A stretch of DNA of 64,000 bases, from NCBI GenBank assembly GCA_027593235.1, contig JAQCIU010000001.1:191660-255659 (forward strand). The letters are read 5' to 3'. The DNA comes from Chloroflexota bacterium (GTDB lineage: Bacteria; Chloroflexota; Dehalococcoidia; UBA2979). Position 1 is the first letter of the stretch, and every line of letters begins with the position of its first letter. Both the position numbers and the translations under genes were made by a program. The notes beneath the pieces are model-generated. The model searched no databases. It saw only the letters and a program-made list of their open reading frames with translations, and had not been told where the DNA came from. Shown here one piece after another: positions 1 to 9,510 of the stretch.

Positions 1-210
1 GTCGGAGCGGATGCCCGGGTAGCGGTGTGTCCACCACGTGCCACCGAAGCTATCGAGGCTGTCCAACACCACGAAGCTCGTGCCGGGGCGCTGCTGCGTC
101 AGGTGGTAGGCGCCACCGACGCCGGAGATTCCGGCGCCCACGATCAACACGTCGAAGTGCTCGGTGGTTACGCCGTCGGTGGTTGCTGGGACCGCTGCGG
201 TTGTCGTCAT
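1..210 (-). CDS. Flavin-containing (Baeyer-Villiger/EthA-like) monooxygenase, 5' part only (runs off window)
   Basis: Manual translation from ATG at 210: MTTTAAVPATTDGVTTEHFDVLIVGAGISG...FGGTWWTHRYPGIRSD; GxGxxG plus GGTW..RYPG.RSD fingerprint. Not in the ORF track. Confidence 0.9.
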   Translation of the reverse strand, partial: MTTTAAVPATTDGVTTEHFDVLIVGAGISGVGGAYHLTQQRPGTSFVVLDSLDSFGGTWWTHRYPGIRSD

Positions 211-361
211 CGATCTTCACCCATCCTCGGGCGATGAACGTCGTCGCCCCGCGGGATGGTGCCACCGTTGGTCCCCCTAGGCCAAGGCCAGAGGTGAGTG
301 AGTGTCAGGGACGATCGGCCCCGCCCCTCCGGGCCTTCGCTCGGACGGCGGGTCGGTTTCC

Positions 362-946
362 CTAGTCGGAAGCCAGCGCACGCCCGACGATCGCGGCGGC
401 CTCCTCCGAGAGCTTGAGCTGCAGCGCGACCGCGTGTCCGGCGTCGCTCATCTTCGTCCAGGTCCGCCGCAGCGCCCGCATGAGCTGGTCGTCGCTGACC
501 GACGGCGCGAAGTCCGCTAACCGCAGCTCGAGGAAGGCGAGGCTGACGGCGTCTTCGTAGCTCTGCGCGTCCGCGTCGGTCTTGATCCCGCCCTTGCCCA
601 TGAGGCGACCCGCCTCGGCGATGTCGTCCTCGCCGTACCCCGCCGCTCGCATCAGCTCGCCGAGGGCGGTCGCGTGGAACGCGTACAGGCGGCCGCGCCA
701 GGCGTGGTAGCCGGCCCGCGTGCGCGGGTAGGAGTCGCGCGGCACCTCCCAGCGTCGGAGGTGATGGGCGCGCGCGGCGAGCCGCAGCACCTCGGGGACG
801 TCGGGGCGGAGCTGATCGAGCCAGTGCTGCGCCCGTTCGCCCTCGATTCCCGCGCGCGGGCGGGCGACACCATCGAGGTGAATCGAGTCCGGATCGCCAG
901 CGTTTGCTGCGTCGATTGCGTCTGTGGTGGTGGTGAAGCGGGTCAT
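362..946 (-). CDS. DUF4202-family protein
   Basis: IDAANAGDP, LRLAARAHHLRRWEVPRDSYPRTRAGYHAWR, EDAVSLAFLE and RTWTKMS motifs; start chosen at MTRF (946). Confidence 0.8.
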   Translation of the reverse strand: MTRFTTTTDAIDAANAGDPDSIHLDGVARPRAGIEGERAQHWLDQLRPDVPEVLRLAARAHHLRRWEVPRDSYPRTRAGYHAWRGRLYAFHATALGELMRAAGYGEDDIAEAGRLMGKGGIKTDADAQSYEDAVSLAFLELRLADFAPSVSDDQLMRALRRTWTKMSDAGHAVALQLKLSEEAAAIVGRALASD

Positions 947-964
947 GAGTTCCAATACTTGACG

Positions 965-987
965 TTGTTGATCGATTAATTCAACAA
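965..987. promoter_or_regulatory. Inverted repeat TTGTTGA-N9-TCAACAA, candidate operator
   Basis: AT-rich dyad in the divergent intergenic region, next to TTGACG (959-964). Confidence 0.5.
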
Positions 988-1075
988 TAGGCACGTTCAC
1001 ACGACCGAGCAATCGATTCAGCCTGCCATGGACCGCTCCACGTGCGGTTGCCGTCAGTCACCAGAGGGAAGCCCG

Positions 1076-2884
1076 ATGACCACAGCCGAGCGTTCGACCG
1101 TCTCCTACACGAACGACCCCGGTCGGGTGATTCCGATCATCGAAGAGGAGTTCGCGGACTTCGAAACCGAGGCGACCGCCTTCCTCGACGGCCAGCGGGA
1201 GGAGCGGCAGTTCATTGGCTTCCGCCTCAAGCAGGGCGTCTACGGGCAGCGGCAGGCGGACCGCCAGATGATGCGCGTGAAGCTGCCGTTCGGCGGCGTC
1301 ACCGCCGACCAGCTCGACGCCTTCGCCGTGATCGCCGAGGACTACGCACCGCTCGGCAAGGGCCACATCACCACCCGCGAGAACTTCCAGTTCCACCACA
1401 TCCCCCTCGTGCGATCGGTCGAGGCGCTGCGCCTCCTCGGCGACGCCGGCCTCTCCACCCGCGAGGCCTGCGGCAACGTCGTTCGCAACGTCACCGGCGA
1501 CCCCTGGGCCGGCATCCGCAGCGACGAGCCGTTCGACATCACGCCCTACGCCGGCGCGTTCATTCGCTACTGGGTGCGCAACCCGCTGACGCAACTCCTG
1601 CCTCGGAAGTTCAAGGTCACCTTCTCGGGCTCCGACCAGGACGAGGCGTTGGCGACGATCCACGACATCGGCTTCATCCCGAAAATTCAGGTGATCGACG
1701 GCCAGCAGGTGAAGGGCTTCAAGCTCGTCACCGGCGGCGGTCTCTCGACGATGGCCCGCGAGGGCGTCGTCCTCTACGAATTCGTACCGGTCTCCGATTT
1801 CCTCCGTGTGTCGCACGCGATCCTCCGGATCTTCCAGGCGGCCGATGAACTGCGGAAGAACCTCGCCAAGGCGCGCATGAAGTTCCTCGTTCACCGGCTC
1901 GGCGAGGAGGGCTGGCGCGCCCGCGTCGACGAGGAGTTGCAGGGCGACTGGGCGAAGAGCGACGAGTTCGACCCGGAGAAGCTCCTCTACGTCGACGACG
2001 AGCAGGCCGATGCCCCGGGCCTCGACGTCACCGGCACCGCGGTCCCCGATAGCGACCGCGCGGCCTTCGAGGCCTGGGCGTCCACCTCCGTCCGCCAGCA
2101 GAAGCAGGCGGGCTACGTCGCGATCGAGCTGCGCGTCCCGCAGGGCGACCTCAACCCGGCGCAGTTCCGAGGCCTCGCCGAGATCACGAGGAAGTACGGC
2201 GCCAGCCGCGCCCGTGCCACCCAGTGGCAGAACCTCGTGCTGCGCTGGGTCCCGGAGCAGTGGGCCTACGACGTCTACCAGGCGCTCGGCGCGTTGGGCC
2301 TCGATGGCCGCGGCGCGCGCGAGATCGAGGACATGGTCTCCTGCCCCGGTACCGACTCCTGCAAGCTCGGCATCACCTCGTCGATGGGCCTCAACCGTGC
2401 GATCGGCGAGAAGCTCGCCACGCTGAACGTGGTCGACCCGCTGACCCGCAAGATCCAGCTCAACGCCAGCGGCTGCCCCAACTCGTGCGGCATGCACCAC
2501 CTCGGGAACATCGGGTTCCACGGGGCGTCGATCAAGGCGGCCAACAACCCGGATCGCCAGGTGCCCTCGTACAACGTCTTCGTCGGCGGCAGTCGAAAAG
2601 ACGGCGCGAGCCTGCGGCTGGGCCAGATCCTGAAGCTGAAGATCCCGGCCAAACGCGCCCCCGAGGTCGTCGAGCGCTTCATCGCCCTCTACGAGCGCGA
2701 GCGCACCGCTGGCGAGGAGTTCAACGACACCCTGGATCGCGTCGGCGCGAAGACCTTCGAAGACGAGATCCGCGACCTCTCCATCGCGCCGGACTTCGCC
2801 CCGACCGATATCCAGGAGTTCATCGACTGGGAGCGTGAGGCGCTCTACGTGCTCGAGCGAGGCGAAGGCGAGTGTGCCGTCTAG
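1076..2884 (+). CDS. sir: Ferredoxin-dependent sulfite/nitrite reductase (siroheme-[4Fe-4S])
   Basis: FRLKQGVYGQR, HITTRENFQ, EACGNVVRN, SCPGTDSCKLG and SGCPNSCG motifs; adjacent to APS reductase, so sulfite is favoured. Confidence 0.9.
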   Translation: MTTAERSTVSYTNDPGRVIPIIEEEFADFETEATAFLDGQREERQFIGFRLKQGVYGQRQADRQMMRVKLPFGGVTADQLDAFAVIAEDYAPLGKGHITTRENFQFHHIPLVRSVEALRLLGDAGLSTREACGNVVRNVTGDPWAGIRSDEPFDITPYAGAFIRYWVRNPLTQLLPRKFKVTFSGSDQDEALATIHDIGFIPKIQVIDGQQVKGFKLVTGGGLSTMAREGVVLYEFVPVSDFLRVSHAILRIFQAADELRKNLAKARMKFLVHRLGEEGWRARVDEELQGDWAKSDEFDPEKLLYVDDEQADAPGLDVTGTAVPDSDRAAFEAWASTSVRQQKQAGYVAIELRVPQGDLNPAQFRGLAEITRKYGASRARATQWQNLVLRWVPEQWAYDVYQALGALGLDGRGAREIEDMVSCPGTDSCKLGITSSMGLNRAIGEKLATLNVVDPLTRKIQLNASGCPNSCGMHHLGNIGFHGASIKAANNPDRQVPSYNVFVGGSRKDGASLRLGQILKLKIPAKRAPEVVERFIALYERERTAGEEFNDTLDRVGAKTFEDEIRDLSIAPDFAPTDIQEFIDWEREALYVLERGEGECAV

Positions 2885-2984
2885 CAGCGGCGAACGGCCG
2901 CCGCTGCTAGCACCTCTGCCGCCCATTCCCCCACTCGCGCCGGTCCTCCGGTGCGAGATACCGACTCCGAGGAGCACCAAGACC

Positions 2985-3731
2985 GTGACCACAGCCGCAA
3001 GTGACGACATCGAGACGTTAGCGCGCCAGCTCGAGGGCGCTCCGCCACGCGAGATCCTGGCCTACGCCGTCGGCGCCTACTCGCCCCACATCGCCGTCTC
3101 CTTCAGCGGCGCCGAGGACGTCGTCCTGATCGACCTCGCGAAACGCGCCGGCCTGCCGTTCCGTGTCTTCTCGCTCGACACCGGGCGGCTGCACGCGGAG
3201 ACCTACCGCTTCATCGAGCGGGTCCGCGATCACTTCGACATCCCGATCGAGCTGTTCTCACCGCAGGCGGAAGCAGTCGAACGCCTCGTGCGTCAGAAGG
3301 GCCTGTTCTCGTTCTACGAGGACGGGCACAGCGAGTGCTGCGCGATCCGCAAGGTCGAGCCGCTCGGCCGCGCCCTCGAGGGCACTCGCGCCTACGTCAC
3401 CGGCCTGCGCCAAGACCAGAGCCCCGCGACCCGCGATCAGCTCCCCGTCGCGGAGCTGGACCAGGGCCGTCGCGCCCTCGATGGCAACCCGCTGGTGAAG
3501 TTCAACCCGCTGGCTCACTGGACCGCGGCGGACGTCTGGCAGTACATCCGCGAGCGCGACATCCCCTACAACGAGTTGCACGACCGAGGGTTCCGCTCGA
3601 TCGGTTGCGAGCCCTGCACGATGGCGACCAACCCCGCCCAGCAAGAGCGCGAGGGCCGCTGGTGGTGGGAAGAGGCGACGCAGCGCGAGTGTGGCCTGCA
3701 CCTCCCCACGATCGCCGCGGTACGGAGCTAG
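2985..3731 (+). CDS. cysH: APS/PAPS reductase ([4Fe-4S] APS-type)
   Basis: SFSGAED, LDTGRLH, ECCAIRK, SIGCEPCT and C-terminal ECGLH; GTG start after GGAG. Confidence 0.93.
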   Translation: MTTAASDDIETLARQLEGAPPREILAYAVGAYSPHIAVSFSGAEDVVLIDLAKRAGLPFRVFSLDTGRLHAETYRFIERVRDHFDIPIELFSPQAEAVERLVRQKGLFSFYEDGHSECCAIRKVEPLGRALEGTRAYVTGLRQDQSPATRDQLPVAELDQGRRALDGNPLVKFNPLAHWTAADVWQYIRERDIPYNELHDRGFRSIGCEPCTMATNPAQQEREGRWWWEEATQRECGLHLPTIAAVRS

Positions 3732-3735
3732 CGCC

Positions 3736-4029
3736 GTGGAAGTCGTAGTGATCTCGGTGCTGCTGGTGACGGCGTTCTGCCTGCTGACGGTGCTGCCGAC
3801 CTCGATCTGCCTGCGCGCCGCCGAGGAGCGCGGCGTTGATCCGTTGATCGGCCTCTTCGTCGGTGTGCTGCTGAGCTGGGTCGGCGTGATCGTCTTCGCG
3901 CCGGCCGCGGGCCGTCGCCGGGCCTCGAGCGGTGCGGGCGAAGCACCGAGGCCGTCACCGCCGTCCGAGGCGTTCGTCGCCCCGGACCGCGGCAGCTCGC
4001 CCGTCATCTCGGGAACGCGAGGGCGGTAG
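3736..4029 (+). CDS. Small hypothetical membrane protein (2 TM)
   Basis: Two hydrophobic segments; GTG start 4 nt after the cysH stop. Confidence 0.5.
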   Translation: MEVVVISVLLVTAFCLLTVLPTSICLRAAEERGVDPLIGLFVGVLLSWVGVIVFAPAAGRRRASSGAGEAPRPSPPSEAFVAPDRGSSPVISGTRGR

Positions 4030-4037
4030 CCCGCTCG

Positions 4038-4079
4038 GCTGGCCAGCCCCGCTGGCCGGCCCCGCTGGCCGGCCCCGCT
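4038..4079. repeat. 13-bp tandem repeat GCTGGCC(A/G)GCCCC x3
   Basis: Units at 4038, 4051 and 4064 between convergent genes. Confidence 0.8.
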
Positions 4080-5181
4080 ACGTCGCGACGGTCACCCGCG
4101 CGCCGGTCTCCGAGGAGCGCTCGATCGCCTCGAGGAGCCGGTGCCGCTGCACCGCCACCGCGAAGTCCGGCGCGAACGGATCGTTGGCGCCCAGCGCGTC
4201 GGCCATCCGCGTGTACGCGTGCGCCACGTTCCGAGGCGGCCCCGCCGGCGTCCCTTCGGGCACGGCCTCGTACTCGTCGGGCGGCGCCATCTCGACCATC
4301 GCCTCGGTCCCTTGCGCGCCGAGCAGTGTCACCGGGCCGATGTTCATCGAACCCGCGCTGAGGAACAACGAGCCCTTGGTGCCGTAGATCTCCAGCCGGG
4401 TCCCGGTCGGGCTCGATGGCACCGTCGCTACCTGAATCCCGATCTCCGCGCCGCTGGCGGTGCGCCCCGCGACCGTGATGTTGTCGGGCGCATCGACGGC
4501 GATGGTTTCGTTTGTGTCGGTGTCGTGCCACTCGGCGATCTGCGTCGTCACGCGCCCGGCTACCTCGGTGATTTCGCCGACGATGAAACAGAGCGCGTCG
4601 ATCGCGTGGCCGCCGGGGATGGTCAGCGGGTTCGCGCCGTTTGCGCGCACCGCCTGCCAGCTCCGGCCAGAGCCACGCTCGGTCACTGCCTGGGTCATCA
4701 CGCTCAGGTTGGCCGTCAGCACCTCGCCGATGTGGCCCCGCGCGACGAGGTCACGCGCATAGCGAACGCTCGGATCGCTGCGCGCCTGTAGCCCCACCGA
4801 GGTGCGCAGACCTCGGTCCCGCGCGAGGTTCGCCATCTCCTCGGCCTCCGCGAGCGTCGCGCCCAGCGGCCACTCACAGAACGTCGGCTTGCCAGCCTCC
4901 AGCGAGGCCATCACGAGCTGGTGGTGCAACGGCACGCGTACTGATACCGACACGATGTCGACCTCGTCGCTGTGCACCATGTCGTTGATGTCGTGGAACG
5001 CGAGCCGCGCGCCGAACTGCTTGGCGGACGCCTGCGCGGTGTCCTCGTGAGCGGTGCAGACCGCCGCCAGTTCGAAGTCGGGCAAGACGTTGAGCGCCGG
5101 CACGTGCGCGTTCGCACCCCAGCCGCTGCCGCCGGGGGTCACCGTCGCGCCGACGATGCCCATGCGGATCGGGTTAGCCAT
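4078..5181 (-). CDS. Gfo/Idh/MocA family oxidoreductase
   Basis: IRMGIVGA...WGANAHVPAL and GKPTFCEWPL motifs; AAGGAG RBS before ATG 5181. Confidence 0.9.
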   Translation of the reverse strand: MANPIRMGIVGATVTPGGSGWGANAHVPALNVLPDFELAAVCTAHEDTAQASAKQFGARLAFHDINDMVHSDEVDIVSVSVRVPLHHQLVMASLEAGKPTFCEWPLGATLAEAEEMANLARDRGLRTSVGLQARSDPSVRYARDLVARGHIGEVLTANLSVMTQAVTERGSGRSWQAVRANGANPLTIPGGHAIDALCFIVGEITEVAGRVTTQIAEWHDTDTNETIAVDAPDNITVAGRTASGAEIGIQVATVPSSPTGTRLEIYGTKGSLFLSAGSMNIGPVTLLGAQGTEAMVEMAPPDEYEAVPEGTPAGPPRNVAHAYTRMADALGANDPFAPDFAVAVQRHRLLEAIERSSETGARVTVAT

Positions 5182-5262
5182 CGTTCTCTCCTTCGTGGGT
5201 TTGAAATGGGACGCAACACTACGCCTTCGGCGCGGCGTCGTTCGCGGCATGGGCGCGAACGC

Positions 5263-7200
5263 CTACTCCGAGGTCGTGACCTCGATCTCCAACCAGCCGT
5301 AACCCGGCGAGCTCTCCAGCGTCTCGACGCGCAGATAGCGCACCGTCCATTCGCCGGCGACGGACAGCTCCTGCCCCCACGCCGTGTCGCCCTCGAGGAT
5401 GGCCAACTCCCCCGTCGGTGCCGGGTCCGGACCGCCGAGGATGCGGTGTCGGCTCAGCGACGCCGGATCCTGATCGACCCAGAGCCGCACCTGCGTCACC
5501 GTCACCTCCGAGCCGAGGTCGATCTCGATCCAGCCCGGCGGCGGCCCCGCGGCGACCCAGCCACCGAGGTCGTGGCTGCCATCGACCGCCCCCGCCGGAG
5601 GGAACGCCGGGGCGAACGAGGACGCCGTGACCGCGCTCGCCTCGGTGGTCGCTCCGCCCCCGCCTCCGAGGTCGCCCTCGCGGAGCGGCGCTAGCGTCGT
5701 CTCGTCAAGCAGCCGCTCTGGGATCGCCTGCCCGAACCCCGCGCACCACCCGTCGCGGTCGAACCCGCACCAGAGCAGCTCACCATCGATGAACGTCGCA
5801 TCGACGCTGATCGCGCGCAGCGCCTCCGGGTCGGCCGCTCCTTCGCGGAGGTCGCCCGACATCACCACGAAGTCCGCCAGCATCCCCGGCTGCAGGCTGC
5901 CGCGCGTGTCCTCCTCGAACGTGGAGAAGGCGGCGCGCCAGGTCAGACTCTCCAACGCCTGATCGATCGTCATGAGCTGTTCAGCGCGGCCCGGCCACGG
6001 CTCGTTGCCCACCTCGCTCACCCCGGTCAGCGCACCGTGGAGCATCTGCATCACCGAGATCGTGAACGGCGAGCGCAGCCCCTCCAGCGGCGCGACCGCC
6101 ATGCTCCCGGCCACCGGCAGGCCGGCCTCGAACATCTTCGAGAACGGCCACGCAACCTCGACGCCGTCGTCGCTGACCATCTCGTCGAAGCCAGATTCGA
6201 GGCGGAAGTCGGCCTCGATCGCCCCGAGTTGCACGACAGGCACGAGGCCCGCCGCGGCCACGCGCTCGATCTGGTCATCGCGCAGCTCCAGCGCGTGCTC
6301 CAGCCGGTGGCGCCGGTCATCTTCGGCGCTCGTGACGCCCTCGAACGCGACGAGTGCCATATCGAGGACATCGTCGCTGAGCTGCTTCACCGCGATCTGC
6401 CAGCCGGCGGCGTGGTGCTCGGCAACGACCGCGTTCAGCTCCGCCTGCGTCCACTTCCGCACGCTGTCCCAGTCCGAGGCGACGAAGATCTTCACGCCCG
6501 GGATCGTCAGTCGCTCGCCGATCGTGTCGCCGGGCTGGATCCCGTATGCCTCGTACCAGTTGCCGTGGCGGTCCTGGTCGGTGCCCGGTGTGTTCAGGCT
6601 GAGGTAGGCGTTCATCCGCAGCGCGATCCGGCCGTCGCGGTGCCAGCCGAAGAACTCGTCCGCGAAGTGCGGCTCGATGTTCGCGTCATTCGTGCCGGTC
6701 CAGCCGCGGCTGAGCAGCACCTGGTTCACCTGCTCCGGCCCGTAGTCGCCCAGCCGCCCGGCCTGGTACCAGTGCGAGTGCGCATCGATGAAGCCGGGGA
6801 ACACCACGCGATCCTCGAGGTCGACGATCAGCGCCTCCGGACCGGCCAGCGCGAGCACGGAGTCCGCGTCGCCCACCGCGACGATCAGGTTGCCGTCGAT
6901 GGCCATCGCTTCGGCCTCGGGCGGCGCGCCGGCGATCCCGTCGGCCATCGTGACGATCGTGCCGCCGGTCAGTACGAGGTCAATGACACCGTCCAGCGCA
7001 CCGACGGAGCGCACCTCGATCGGCCCGCGCGCTGCGCCGGTAGCGGGGCCGGCGGTCGCCCCCGCCGCGGCGGTGCTCGAGGCCGTGGCCTCCGGCGTCG
7101 GCGATCCGGCGTCCGAGGTGCTTGAACACCGGATCGCTAGCAGGGCGCAGAGCGCTGCCAGAATCGCTAGTTGCCGCATCGTCAGTCGCCGCATCGCCAC
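5263..7200 (-). CDS. Exported amidohydrolase-3 family protein with C-terminal discoidin/F5-8-like domain
   Basis: Signal-peptide-like N-terminus; PGFIDAHSH, RHRLEHA and GSLQPGMLADFVV; C-terminal TASS..AVDG..W..WIEIDLG..VRYLRV; start may be 7194 or 7179. Confidence 0.8.
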   Translation of the reverse strand: MAMRRLTMRQLAILAALCALLAIRCSSTSDAGSPTPEATASSTAAAGATAGPATGAARGPIEVRSVGALDGVIDLVLTGGTIVTMADGIAGAPPEAEAMAIDGNLIVAVGDADSVLALAGPEALIVDLEDRVVFPGFIDAHSHWYQAGRLGDYGPEQVNQVLLSRGWTGTNDANIEPHFADEFFGWHRDGRIALRMNAYLSLNTPGTDQDRHGNWYEAYGIQPGDTIGERLTIPGVKIFVASDWDSVRKWTQAELNAVVAEHHAAGWQIAVKQLSDDVLDMALVAFEGVTSAEDDRRHRLEHALELRDDQIERVAAAGLVPVVQLGAIEADFRLESGFDEMVSDDGVEVAWPFSKMFEAGLPVAGSMAVAPLEGLRSPFTISVMQMLHGALTGVSEVGNEPWPGRAEQLMTIDQALESLTWRAAFSTFEEDTRGSLQPGMLADFVVMSGDLREGAADPEALRAISVDATFIDGELLWCGFDRDGWCAGFGQAIPERLLDETTLAPLREGDLGGGGGATTEASAVTASSFAPAFPPAGAVDGSHDLGGWVAAGPPPGWIEIDLGSEVTVTQVRLWVDQDPASLSRHRILGGPDPAPTGELAILEGDTAWGQELSVAGEWTVRYLRVETLESSPGYGWLEIEVTTSE

Positions 7201-7290
7201 CCGTCCCGTCCGTCGCCCGGAAACCTACCCGAGCTGCCGCGCCGGTCGAGTCGAGCTTCAGGGACCGGGCCCGCTACCTCCCGACCCTCG

Positions 7291-8463
7291 CTAGGCGAAC
7301 CGGGGCGCCAGCCGTGCGTCGACATCCTCGCCCTTCAGTACCGCCGCGCCGAGCCGCCCAATCTCGTCCGAGGACTTCGCACCCTTGCCGTTCCCGCCAA
7401 TCGCGACCGCCAGCCGCTGGCTGACCATCCCGACGTATGGGTGCCCCGAGGCGGTGATGGTGTAGACGCAGTTCGCCGTGTGGCGCGGGGCGCCGGCGAG
7501 TGACGGGATCATCGCACTCAGCGCCTCTTCGGCGGCCAGCCGCTCTAGCGGATCGCCGTTCTCGGATCGGAACCACGCGGTGATCGCCTCCGGCGTCCGC
7601 AGCGCGCCGTCCCACTCGTCCATGCCGATCTTCACGTAGGTCTCGCCATCCGGGTACGTCACCGGTGGCAGCAGGTAACTCGCGCGCCCGTCCGCGGGCA
7701 CGTGGATGATGCTCGGCATCCCGGCCAGCGCCTCGCGCTGCGCGGCATCGAGGCGTGCGAACAGCAGTGTCCGCGCCTGCACCTCGAGCGCGAGCGGGCG
7801 GATCAGCAACTCGTTGGCGAACGCGCCCGCCGTGATCAGCGCGCGCCGCGCCAGCACGCGTGTCGCGTCGTCGGTCAGGACGTCCACCGCGTCGATCGCG
7901 TCCGTCACGGTGATCGCTGTCCGCGGCAGGATTGTCGCGCCATGCTTCTTCGCCGCGGCGAGCTGCGCTCGCACCAACGCCCGAGGGTTGATCCGCCCCG
8001 CCGGCCCCGGTTCCAGGAACGCCTTGAGCTGTGGGTCGAAGCGGAGAAACGGAAACCGCGCGGCGAGCGCCGCCGCGTCGAAATGCTCCGCTGTCGCGCC
8101 CTCGGCCTGTCCGACCTCCTCGGACGGCGCCAGCAGCCGCCCCTGCGGGGAGCCGACCCCGAGGTACCCGTTCGGCGTGTGGAAGGTGATCCCCGAGTCC
8201 GCCTCGATTTCTGCGTAGCGATCGATCGAGGCGCGGGCCAGCCGCGACCACAGCGGATCCGCGTCGTAGACGCGCGTGATCCGCCCCTCGTCGTAGTGAC
8301 TGGCGAACGGCCCTCGATGCGTCGCGCGGTCCTCGGGCTCCGGCGGCGCCAGTAGCACCACGTCGTGCCCGTCGCTCGCGAGGTGGCGCGTCGCCGCCGA
8401 TCCGAACAGCCCGCCGCCGATCACCGCGAACTCGAAGATGTGGTTTGGCCCGTAGACGATCAT
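7291..8463 (-). CDS. FAD-dependent oxidoreductase (sarcosine oxidase/DAO family)
   Basis: VIGGGLFGSA, SHYDEGRITR and GGNGKGAKSSDEIG motifs. Confidence 0.85.
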   Translation of the reverse strand: MIVYGPNHIFEFAVIGGGLFGSAATRHLASDGHDVVLLAPPEPEDRATHRGPFASHYDEGRITRVYDADPLWSRLARASIDRYAEIEADSGITFHTPNGYLGVGSPQGRLLAPSEEVGQAEGATAEHFDAAALAARFPFLRFDPQLKAFLEPGPAGRINPRALVRAQLAAAKKHGATILPRTAITVTDAIDAVDVLTDDATRVLARRALITAGAFANELLIRPLALEVQARTLLFARLDAAQREALAGMPSIIHVPADGRASYLLPPVTYPDGETYVKIGMDEWDGALRTPEAITAWFRSENGDPLERLAAEEALSAMIPSLAGAPRHTANCVYTITASGHPYVGMVSQRLAVAIGGNGKGAKSSDEIGRLGAAVLKGEDVDARLAPRFA

Positions 8464-8619
8464 ATCGCTCCTCGCGGGTCGCACCGGGGCGTCGCGCGTT
8501 GGCCGGGCGTGGCCGCGCGCTCACCCTGGGCGGCGGAGCACACGATACTAGGCAGGGCACTGCGCGGGGCGTCCGTGTTTCGGGCGCCACTGATTCGAGC
8601 GCGCCGTCGGGAGTCGTCC

Positions 8620-9486
8620 GTGGAAGTCCGTCGCTTCGACGACATCGACGCGTTCGCCGCGCGCGCCGTGCCGCACCTCGCGGCGCACGAGGCCGAGAGC
8701 AACCTCGAGCTCGGCATCATCGCCGCGATCCAGGCGGGCCGCTTCGCCGACGCTGCCCCGCTGCTCCTGTCCGTGGAAGCCGCTGGCGAGGTGCTCGGCG
8801 TGGCGATGCGTACGCCGCCCTTCGGGCTGCTGCTGTCCTCGCTGTTGCCGCCTGCCGCTGTGGCAGCGGTCGCCACCTGGCTGCGCGCATCCGACGACCC
8901 CGCTGCCGCGATCCCCGGAGTGCAGGGCGAGGTCTCGGTCGCGGCCGCATTCGTCGAGGCCTGGCATCGGATCGCGGGCCCTCGAATGGCGGTTCACCGC
9001 GAGGAGCGGATCTACCGCCTGACGGCGGTGCGCCCCCCGACACCGCTTCCCGCGGGCACCCTCCGCGAGGTGCGGGCAGACGACCTCGCGCTTATCGTCG
9101 ACTGGTTCGCGGCGTTCGCCGTCGACACCAACGACCCCGATCCGATCGATCCGGCGGTCGCCGCCGGCCGCGTCATCAGCGCTGGCTCTCCGGACTTCGG
9201 CCTCGCGATCTGGGACGTCGACGACACACCTCGATCGATGGCCGGCTACGGCGGTCCGACGGCCCACGGGATCCGCGTCGGTCCCGTCTACACGCCGCCG
9301 GAGCAACGCCGTCGCGGCTACGCCGGCGCGCTGGTCGCGGCGCTGAGCCAGCACCTCCTCGATGGCGGCCGGCAGTTCTGCTTCCTCTTCACCGACCTGT
9401 CGAACCCGACCTCGAACCACGTCTACCAGCAGCTCGGCTACGAGCCGGTCAGCGACGTCACCCAGTGGCGGCTCATCGAGGGCTGA
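8620..9486 (+). CDS. GNAT family N-acetyltransferase
   Basis: RVGPVYTPPEQRRRGYA and LFTDLSNPTSNHVYQQLGY. Confidence 0.9.
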   Translation: MEVRRFDDIDAFAARAVPHLAAHEAESNLELGIIAAIQAGRFADAAPLLLSVEAAGEVLGVAMRTPPFGLLLSSLLPPAAVAAVATWLRASDDPAAAIPGVQGEVSVAAAFVEAWHRIAGPRMAVHREERIYRLTAVRPPTPLPAGTLREVRADDLALIVDWFAAFAVDTNDPDPIDPAVAAGRVISAGSPDFGLAIWDVDDTPRSMAGYGGPTAHGIRVGPVYTPPEQRRRGYAGALVAALSQHLLDGGRQFCFLFTDLSNPTSNHVYQQLGYEPVSDVTQWRLIEG

Positions 9487-9510
9487 CCGCGCGTCCCCGA
9501 CGGCCGCCGC

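Noticed and set aside
1058-3010. Long antisense and alternative-frame ORFs (e.g. 1058-3010, 10784-12370, 21555-23426, 51950-53977)
   Set aside because: Shadow ORFs expected in high-GC DNA; they overlap well-supported genes and have no motifs.
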